From contig CAWUMZ010000001.1 of the NCBI GenBank assembly GCA_963923625.1, positions 1 through 49,995 on the forward strand: DNA of 49,995 nt. Reading direction: 5' to 3'. Of this stretch, positions 41,701 to 47,920 are shown piece after piece. The position numbers and the translations under genes were made by a program. The notes beneath the pieces are model-generated. The model saw nothing but the letters and a program-made list of their open reading frames with translations. It had not been told where the DNA came from and ran no database searches. The number at the start of each line of letters is the position of its first letter. Positions within the stretch are counted from its first letter, which is position 1. This DNA is from an uncultured bacterium. Its GTDB lineage: Bacteria; Actinomycetota; Thermoleophilia; Gaiellales; F1-60-MAGs149.

Positions 41701-44700
41701 GACAGGCCCGGAGCGACGTTGATGCCGTTCGGCACGTCGGCGTAGAGCGAGAATCCGGATCCGCCGCCGATGCCGAAGACCGCGTCCGCATCGGCGGTGA
41801 TCGAGTCGCCGACGGGCGGATTCAGGTTCGCCGTCGTCGAGATCATCATGAACAGGTCCGCCTTCGGGCAGACGAGGTTCGTGAGGGTGCACGAGCTGCC
41901 CATGTCGAGCGTGGTGTTGTTGAGGGTCAGCACGGACGAGACGGTCCACGTCGGGATCACGGCCTTGACGTCCCAGTTCCAGGCGGCGTTGGTCTGCCCG
42001 ATCGAGCCCGAGAAGTCGGACGGCGTCACGTTCAGACCAGGCAGCGGCTGCCAGGTGGGGCCACCGCTGGCGGAGAGCGTGACGTTCCAGTTGGTCGTGT
42101 CGGTGTAGCTGAAGGCCGCGTTGAGGTTCGTCGGCGTCTCGCTGCCGCTGCTGATCGCGACCGTCGCCTTGCCGGTGAAGATCGGGCCGGTCGTGGCCGA
42201 GGTCCAGGTGGCGGTCAGCGTCGTCAGCTGCACGCCGCTCGCGAGGGTGGCGGGCGAGCCGATCGAGCCCGTCACGGTGGAGACGACGGAGCCGCTCGTA
42301 TTGGTGACGTTGCCGGACACGTCGACCGCCGCGTTGCCCACCGTGACGATGTCCTGGGCGGAGACGGACGCGCTGTACGTGCCGTTGTTGTTGAGGGTGC
42401 CGCTGACGCTGACGCCGTGGCTGCCATCGCTGCCCGTCGCGGTGATCGTGCCGTAGACGCCCGCGGTCGGTCCGAAGGAGAGGTTGGCGTTGCCGCTCCA
42501 GCCGGCGGGCAGGGTCAGGAGCGGGAACTGCGGGACCGGGATGTCGCCGATCAGCTGGGCGATGGTGCCGCCGCTGGACGACCCGCCGCCGCTCGAGCCG
42601 CCGCCGTTGCCGCCGGGCGCGACGAACACCAGGGACAGCGGGTTGTTCGTGATCGAGACGTTCGGCAGGCGCCACGAGCTCGGCAGCGACAGCGAGGCCT
42701 GCGGCATCGTGATGGTGGGGCTCAGCGAGGTGCCCTCGACGTCATTGACGCTGACGGTCGCGTTCGTGATCGTGGCGGTCAGGCCCGGGATGGCGGTGAT
42801 CGAGCCGCTCAGCGTCGCGGTCATCGAGAAGGCCGGCGTGCCGCCGAGTCCGAACACGGCATCGGCCGCGATCGTGATCGGGTCGCTCAGCGGCGGATCG
42901 ACGACCGCCGTCGTGTCGATGTTGAAGAACACCATCGACTTCGGGCAGGTGATGCCCTTCGTGGCGGTGCAGGCGCCCGACAGCTCCAGCGTCGTCTTCG
43001 TCAGCGTCAGCACCGACGCGGCCTTCCAGGTCGGCACGTTCGCGGTGACGTTCCACTGCCACGCGCCGTTGTCCTGGGCGATGCTGCCCGAGAAGTCGGA
43101 CGGGGAGATGCTCAGGCCATTGAGCGGCTGCCACGTGGGGCCGCCGCTGCCGGTCAGCGTCGCGCTCCAGTTCGAAGGATCGGTGTAGGAGAGCGTCGCG
43201 TTGAGCGCCGTCGGCGTCGCGCCGGACGTGCTCAGGGCGACGGTCGCCGATCCGGTCAGGATCGGGCCGTTCGAGGCCGTCGTCCAGTTCGCCTTCAGGG
43301 TCGAGAGTGCGACGCCGGGTGCGAGAGCGGTGGAGGAGGTCGTCGAGCCCGCGATCGAGGATACGGTGGTGCCGGACGCGTTGCTCGTGGTGCCGCTCAT
43401 GTCGAGCGACGTGCTGCCGATGGTCAGGATGTCGTTGGCCGTGACGCTGGCGGTGAAGGTGCCGGTCGTCGAGAGCGAGCCCGTCACGGCGACCTGGCCG
43501 CTGCCGTTGGTGGCGCTGGCGTCGACGGCGCCGGTGGTGGTGGCGCCATTGGGCGTGAAGGTCAGCGTCGTCGAGCCGGTCCAGCCGCTCGGCAGCGTCA
43601 GGAACGGGAAGGCCTTCGCGGTGATCGAGCCGCTCAGTTGCGCGTTGGCGCTGCTGCCGCCCGTGAACACGAGCGACAGCGGCGTGCTGCCGATCGAGAT
43701 CGCCGGCAGCTGCCAGCTGGCGGGCGTGGCGACGGTGCCGGAGGTGATCTCGATGCCGGCGGGCATCACGTAGCCCGCGGCATTGGAGATGGTGACGCCG
43801 CCGACGGTGAAGCTCGAGGCCGAGAACGGCGTGCCGTCGCTCGGCGTGGATGCCTGTCGCGTGCCCGCGCCCTTGCCGCTGCATGCGCTGGTCTGGGCGG
43901 CGGAGGGTGGCGTGATCGTCCCGAAGGTGGCGCTGTTGCCCGTGCCGAGCGGGAGATTGAGCGAGCCGCTGCCCGAGGCCTTGGCCGTCTGCGTGAGGAA
44001 CGAGCAGTACGCCTTGCCGGCGGACGCGCCGACGGAGACCGTCACGGTGCCCGTCCCCTGCGTGCCCGTGTTGTCGGTGGCCGTGACGGTGTACACGAGC
44101 AGTCCGGTGCGGCCGGGGACCCTGATCTTCGCGACGGATGACGTGTCATCGGAGATCGGCGTCTTGGTGCCGCTCACCTGCGCCCACTTGTACTTGAGCT
44201 CGCCGTTGCCGCCGGAGACCCGGACCTCGAGTGCCAGCTCCGCGTTCGGCGCGGCCGTCAGCAGCGGACCGCCGGCCACCGAGACGGTCGGCGGCGAGGC
44301 CTGCGTCGTGACGGTCGCGTCGGCGGTGCTGTGCGCGCCGGCGCCATCGGTGGCGGTGACGCGGAAGCCCAGCCCCTCGCTGGTGCTCGGCATCGTGAAG
44401 ACCGCCGTGGAGCCGGTCTTCGCCGAGAGGGCGACCGACGGTCCGGAGGTCTGCGCCCAGCTGTAGGTCACCGTGCCCGTGCCGCCCTGCGCGAGTGCCG
44501 TGAGCTGCACCTTGCTGCCGGGCAGTGCGCCGAGCGACGGGGCGCCGACGATGCTGGCGGCAAGCGCCTGCGTGGTGTCGGTGGCCTTCACGTCGGAGCC
44601 GACATCGACCGTCACGCGTGCGGAGCCCTGCTTGCCGCCGCCGTCGGTGACGGTGACGGTGTAGCTGACGAGCCCCTTCGTCGCCGGCATGTGCGCCTTC

Positions 44701-47700
44701 GTGCTCTCGCCGGCGGCATCCGAGAGCGTGGTGGGTGCACCGGCCGACTGCTTCCACGCGTAGTGCCGTTCGCCGGACCCGCCGCTGACAACTGCGCGGA
44801 GGGTCAACTCGGCGCCGGTCGCCGCGCTCTGCAGCGTGCCACCCTCGATCGTCACCTTCGGGCCGCCCTTGAGTGCCGCGCTGCCCTTGGCCGCGTTCGC
44901 CTTCTGCGTCGCCTTCGCCGAGGAGGCGCGCTGGCTGTCGCGCTTGCGGCGATCCGCCTCGGCGGCCTTCTGCTTCGACTTCTGGGCGGCCTTCTTGCCC
45001 GCCACGTCGCTGCTCTTGCCCGACGACGTGCGCTCACCGCCCTGCTTGAGCTTCTGCGGCGGGACCGCCGTGGTGCGCACGACCTGGGTGCGCGTGGAGC
45101 TGTGGTCGGAGATCGTCAGCTCGAAGACGTACGTGGTGCGCCGCTTCACGCCGGGGATCAGGGCGCGGGCGGTGGCGGCATGGGGATGCTCGACGCGCAC
45201 GACCGGCGACGGCGTCGCGGACGGGCACTTGCCGAATGCCTTGACGTCTTCCGCGGTCGTGCAGCGCTGCACCCAGGTGTAGTCGAGGGAGACGCCGTTG
45301 CCGGCGCTCTTGCTGCCCTTCAGCACGACGGTGCGCAGCTTCTTCGAGTTGCTCGACGCGGCGAGCGTCGACGGCGAGGCGGAGGCGGCGATCGAGATGG
45401 GGGAGCGCACGGGCAGCTTCTGGTGCACGACGCCGACCTCGACGTGCCTGGTCGCGATGGTGCGCGCCGTCGCGTTCCACGTGGTGGCGGCGACGCGCTT
45501 CTTGCCGGTGGCGTCGACGAGCAGCGTCACCTTCGGCGTGCGCGTGCGCTGGGCGAGCGTCGGCGCGAAATCGCATGTCAGCGCCTGGCCGCTGCGGCTG
45601 CAGGTCCAGTTCGAGCCCGTCGCGCTGACGAGCGAGATGCCGGTGGGCAGCGTGGTGGTGACCCGCAGTCGATCGATCGCGTTGTGCTTCTGCAGGTTCG
45701 CCGCGCTCATCGTGATCTCGCCGCGCCCACCCGAGTCGGGGATCTGCCGGACATCCGTCGAGATGCGGACCGTGCGGTCCGTGGCGACCACGCGCAGACG
45801 GACGGGAACGCGGTCCTCGCCCGGATCGCCCGACAGCTTCGCGATGACGGGCCCGAGCGGCGCGTCCTTCGTCTCGCGCGACGGCAGCACGGTGATGTCG
45901 ATGGTGCCGACGACTCCGCCGGGGGCGACGGCCGCTGAGGGGCTCAGTGAGCACGACACGTTGCGACCGGTCGTGCAGGTCCCCTCGCCGTTGACGCCGG
46001 CGGAGATGAGCTTCACGCCGCTGCCGATGGTCTCGGAGATCGAGACCGTCGATCCGGCCGGCACCGCATCACCGCCGTGATTCTCGAGCTGCACGCGGTA
46101 CGTGAACGCCTGGTCCTTCATCACCTTGGTGTGGCCGCCGTCCTTCCACGTCTTCCAGGTGTGGCCGTCGCTCTTGAACTGGATCGAGGGGGCGATGCGC
46201 GGATCGCCGACGTCCTGCACGATGAAGGGCACGGTGTGGGAGATGTCGTGCCGGCTGTTGTCGGCGTACGGCGTCGTCGTGATCTTCCCGTGCGTCGCCG
46301 GCGTGGCCGTCGTCGTCGCCGCCGTGACGTCGATCGTCGCGTACTTGCCGACGGCCACGGAGGAGGTCGGGTTGACGCACTCGGCGCCGAGGCTGTTCGG
46401 CGTGCATGTCCAGCCGCTCGTGTGGCTGGTCAGCGTGATGCCCTTCGGCAGTGCGATGCGCACACCCGGGTGCGTGGCGGTCACGTCGCCGGTGTTGCGC
46501 ACGCGGATGCGCAGCTGGGTGGTGCGGCCCTGCGCGACGTCGATGCCGTGCTTGGCCTCGACGCGCGCCGTCATCGTCGCCGGCTGCAGGACGTGGAACT
46601 TCCAGCTGTAGCGCTGCGAGAAGCACGTCGTGCCCTTCTGGCGCGCCGTCGTCGCCCCCTGGTCGGCGATCGTGGTCCAGTTGACCTTGCCGCTCAGCTG
46701 CCACTTGATGCGCTTCGCCTTGCCATCCGACAGCCGCACGAGCGGAGTCCAGTGGACGTGCAGGTACTCCGCCTCGGCGCCGATGTCGACGGGGCGGTGG
46801 TACGTGCAGATGGTGGTGCCCGTGGCGTCGGAGCAGGACCAGCCGACGCCGGTCACCGTGAACGCCACGTCCGGCGCGCTCTCCGGAAGGATGCCCTGGA
46901 CCATCAGCGAGGGCTTACCGCCGACGCTCTGCGCGACGAGGCCGCCAACGTTGCGCAGGCGGATCACGAAGTCGCGCTCGCTGCCGACGCTGTCGGTGGC
47001 GTCGATCGTGGAGCGGATCAGCGGCTGGACGAAGCCGGTGATCGCCTCCGCCGCCACCGTGCTCGTCGCGGTGAGCGTGCCGGCCTCCGTGGGGACGGCG
47101 AGGGCGGCGGTGATGTCGCCGAGGGCGATCTGCTGCGCGACGCTCGGATCGGGCGGGTTCGGTGTGTTCTTCGGCGGCGTCGGCACGAGATTCGGCGCGG
47201 CCTTCACGATCATGAAGAGCTCGACGACCTGGTTCGGCTGCACGGACGCGGCTTCGGTCGAGGTGAGGCTGCGGTTCATCGTGCAGGTGACGACCTGTCC
47301 AGCGGTCGTGCAGGTGAAGGCGCCGTTCATGCGCGCCTGGTCGCGATCGTCGGCCTGCACGCCGACGTACGTGAGGCCCGCGGGGAGCGTGATCGTGGTC
47401 GTGAGCGGTCCGCCCGACAGCGTGGTGTGGTCGTACTTCATCGCCATCTGGATCACGCCGGTGCGGCCCTGGCCGATCGTGAAGTACTTCGACTTGCTCT
47501 GGCCGTTCGAGTTCGAGCGGCCGATCGGCTTCACCTCGATCCACGCGTACGGCGCGTCCGACGAGCGTGTCGCCGCGGTCTGCTCGGCGGTGAGCGCGGT
47601 GGACACGGCGGCGGTCGTCGCAACGGGAGCGGCGGTCGCGTCGGCGCCGGTCGCCGGCGCCTCCTGCGCCCCGGCGGCTGCGGTGAGGGCGAGCAGCGCG

Positions 47701-47756
47701 AGCAGCAGCGCGGCGGCGAATGGCCCTGCTCGACGGACGACTCCCAGCTGGTTCAC
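38739..47756 (-). CDS. giant secreted multi-domain protein (3,005 aa): signal peptide, DUF11-like repeats, PKD-like repeats, basic linker, two large novel repeats, Gly/Ser/Thr/Asn-rich C-terminal region with a Cys/Trp-rich end
   Basis: Uninterrupted 9,018-nt ORF with strong GC3 bias. GTG start with GAGGGA upstream. Signal peptide ...FAAALLLALLALTAAAGAQE. DUF11-type motifs (LPAGLTYV...FTCT..VTCT; GWSCS; GWTCT; NWTCS) and PKD-like Y-x-W-x-Q motifs. Confidence 0.9.
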   Translation of the reverse strand: MNQLGVVRRAGPFAAALLLALLALTAAAGAQEAPATGADATAAPVATTAAVSTALTAEQTAATRSSDAPYAWIEVKPIGRSNSNGQSKSKYFTIGQGRTGVIQMAMKYDHTTLSGGPLTTTITLPAGLTYVGVQADDRDQARMNGAFTCTTAGQVVTCTMNRSLTSTEAASVQPNQVVELFMIVKAAPNLVPTPPKNTPNPPDPSVAQQIALGDITAALAVPTEAGTLTATSTVAAEAITGFVQPLIRSTIDATDSVGSERDFVIRLRNVGGLVAQSVGGKPSLMVQGILPESAPDVAFTVTGVGWSCSDATGTTICTYHRPVDIGAEAEYLHVHWTPLVRLSDGKAKRIKWQLSGKVNWTTIADQGATTARQKGTTCFSQRYSWKFHVLQPATMTARVEAKHGIDVAQGRTTQLRIRVRNTGDVTATHPGVRIALPKGITLTSHTSGWTCTPNSLGAECVNPTSSVAVGKYATIDVTAATTTATPATHGKITTTPYADNSRHDISHTVPFIVQDVGDPRIAPSIQFKSDGHTWKTWKDGGHTKVMKDQAFTYRVQLENHGGDAVPAGSTVSISETIGSGVKLISAGVNGEGTCTTGRNVSCSLSPSAAVAPGGVVGTIDITVLPSRETKDAPLGPVIAKLSGDPGEDRVPVRLRVVATDRTVRISTDVRQIPDSGGRGEITMSAANLQKHNAIDRLRVTTTLPTGISLVSATGSNWTCSRSGQALTCDFAPTLAQRTRTPKVTLLVDATGKKRVAATTWNATARTIATRHVEVGVVHQKLPVRSPISIAASASPSTLAASSNSKKLRTVVLKGSKSAGNGVSLDYTWVQRCTTAEDVKAFGKCPSATPSPVVRVEHPHAATARALIPGVKRRTTYVFELTISDHSSTRTQVVRTTAVPPQKLKQGGERTSSGKSSDVAGKKAAQKSKQKAAEADRRKRDSQRASSAKATQKANAAKGSAALKGGPKVTIEGGTLQSAATGAELTLRAVVSGGSGERHYAWKQSAGAPTTLSDAAGESTKAHMPATKGLVSYTVTVTDGGGKQGSARVTVDVGSDVKATDTTQALAASIVGAPSLGALPGSKVQLTALAQGGTGTVTYSWAQTSGPSVALSAKTGSTAVFTMPSTSEGLGFRVTATDGAGAHSTADATVTTQASPPTVSVAGGPLLTAAPNAELALEVRVSGGNGELKYKWAQVSGTKTPISDDTSSVAKIRVPGRTGLLVYTVTATDNTGTQGTGTVTVSVGASAGKAYCSFLTQTAKASGSGSLNLPLGTGNSATFGTITPPSAAQTSACSGKGAGTRQASTPSDGTPFSASSFTVGGVTISNAAGYVMPAGIEITSGTVATPASWQLPAISIGSTPLSLVFTGGSSANAQLSGSITAKAFPFLTLPSGWTGSTTLTFTPNGATTTGAVDASATNGSGQVAVTGSLSTTGTFTASVTANDILTIGSTSLDMSGTTSNASGTTVSSIAGSTTSSTALAPGVALSTLKANWTTASNGPILTGSATVALSTSGATPTALNATLSYTDPSNWSATLTGSGGPTWQPLNGLSISPSDFSGSIAQDNGAWQWNVTANVPTWKAASVLTLTKTTLELSGACTATKGITCPKSMVFFNIDTTAVVDPPLSDPITIAADAVFGLGGTPAFSMTATLSGSITAIPGLTATITNATVSVNDVEGTSLSPTITMPQASLSLPSSWRLPNVSITNNPLSLVFVAPGGNGGGSSGGGSSSGGTIAQLIGDIPVPQFPLLTLPAGWSGNANLSFGPTAGVYGTITATGSDGSHGVSVSGTLNNNGTYSASVSAQDIVTVGNAAVDVSGNVTNTSGSVVSTVTGSIGSPATLASGVQLTTLTATWTSATTGPIFTGKATVAISSGSETPTNLNAAFSYTDTTNWNVTLSASGGPTWQPLPGLNVTPSDFSGSIGQTNAAWNWDVKAVIPTWTVSSVLTLNNTTLDMGSSCTLTNLVCPKADLFMMISTTANLNPPVGDSITADADAVFGIGGGSGFSLYADVPNGINVAPGLSFSNPSITVGYDLPAGSVTPTTGAPTFTGATESGWSISTAGGLTVPGLGDFSEIATNITSQGISMGGWDADGVTLSGGNGSQSGTAFGYSSFGSTMSFDLPSFGKQTIALTPGEISVTGGYSSPQWFSTLVGASLPNAISTIQFDPTTGFFNAIVDIPGSYSIPSGGSKIQMPSLNFGITNNAEGLTVSAGGVANLSAAAVGGGTSSPPQMSVEVSYDFTTQQVSASFGIENWQNAFGDQGLTINEAVITLGADLVSVPFPTPTVALYASLNTGSLPPALTSAFGVPGNIPVAIGAELSEDNPCIEVQVGSSTGTTPILSVGGGSLQATYFEFVIAPDGCTLGNVGGTPIVIQPGFSMAFDGQLFGTEVDVQAALSFDPTIFNASITVGAFTIPGTGGGMQFQQTTVTVSLNEQTQIDTVTFAGGFTMFGTTIDVSGDLSYDGATSTTTAGLKVSQSQSLNVAGFSLSNLSIALNVTYGPSTNDLSIAASGDMDIMGNTVNVQAFDATIDNGVVEYVNVQIQANLNFGPAAMANGTFDMSYTQSTGAFDLNAAVVLTTAAGFSIGTAANPATLEISPQCVAFSGSFAYAPFFTATLEGTLVYESGCAETVTNSAGQQVQGSPGDFSFAATNVAIGIDGFGLTGNVGLGHVGTDDYANLNATIALSPQSTNNEITVAGDFNSNGNFSFTGSGNLDVAGFVMDMQVAVASQNGNESISGAANFDVGGTTLAFAGAFSMQNGQPSTSLTASANLVFDGFNLGNTTVYLNQTPSSFGMNAQIALNADLATLNGQLTFIENGGAPLFYLAAAGNLDIPDLADASMSGVFTNCTDPSCSQATTTTLTMSGSLDVYGITYNFPTIVIGANGFFSITSDSSGSSCTGTTEIWPANWQACFSYTETLLISDAAPYFSVSASADADVQVQWYNAFANSYSCACVHWPWWLGGHTTCLTCYSGGWGGWGTFININGGFSFNADPFELSVEAEGVDFSI
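41685..43790 (-). repeat. tandem duplication of a module of about 340-360 aa (about 1,020-1,080 nt) inside the giant gene
   Basis: Unit A is 43790->42771 and unit B is 42770->41685. The two DNA lines 42001-42060 and 43081-43140 align in register at an offset of exactly 1,080 nt. Shared peptide motifs: PLSLVF, FP.LTLP.GW.G, SYTD..NW, SGGPTWQPL.GL...PSDFSGSI, PTW...SVLTL, CPK, ADAVFG.GG. Confidence 0.8.
44028..44856 (-). repeat. three tandem PKD-like (about 86-aa) domain repeats inside the giant gene
   Basis: The repeats contain ...LTLRAVVSGGSGERHYAWKQSAGAPTTL..YTVTVTDGGG.., ...LTALAQGGTGTVTYSWAQTSGPSVAL..FRVTATDGAG.. and ...LEVRVSGGNGELKYKWAQVSGTKTPI..YTVTATDNTG... A fourth, more divergent copy lies upstream at about 45070-45400. 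Confidence 0.7.
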
Positions 47757-47920
47757 GGATCCCTCAATCCCCGCTCCTCCGGTGCAGATCCGGAGAAGGT
47801 GGCGAGACGATAACGGAGGTGGCTGCGATTGGGTAGAAACTGCGACCCGGAATACCGCGGCCGAGTGCAGGGCATGCGCGGCTGCGGTTCTATCCTCCGT
47901 GCGTGGGCGCTTCGCAGATC

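Noticed and set aside
41685-43790. The intragenic 1,080-nt periodicity as a VNTR, CRISPR array or assembly duplication
   Set aside because: The two units are only about half identical at the protein level, are in frame, and sit within one continuous ORF. This fits an old domain duplication rather than a recent tandem repeat or collapsed or expanded assembly.
41328-44141. A 937-aa plus-strand ORF antisense to the giant gene, with similar ORFs at 38874..41087, 44331..45938 and 46077..47813
   Set aside because: These are Arg/Gly/Asp-rich mirror-frame translations. The minus-strand frame has a signal peptide, domain repeats and strong GC3 bias. The antisense frames stay open only because of the codon bias of the real gene.
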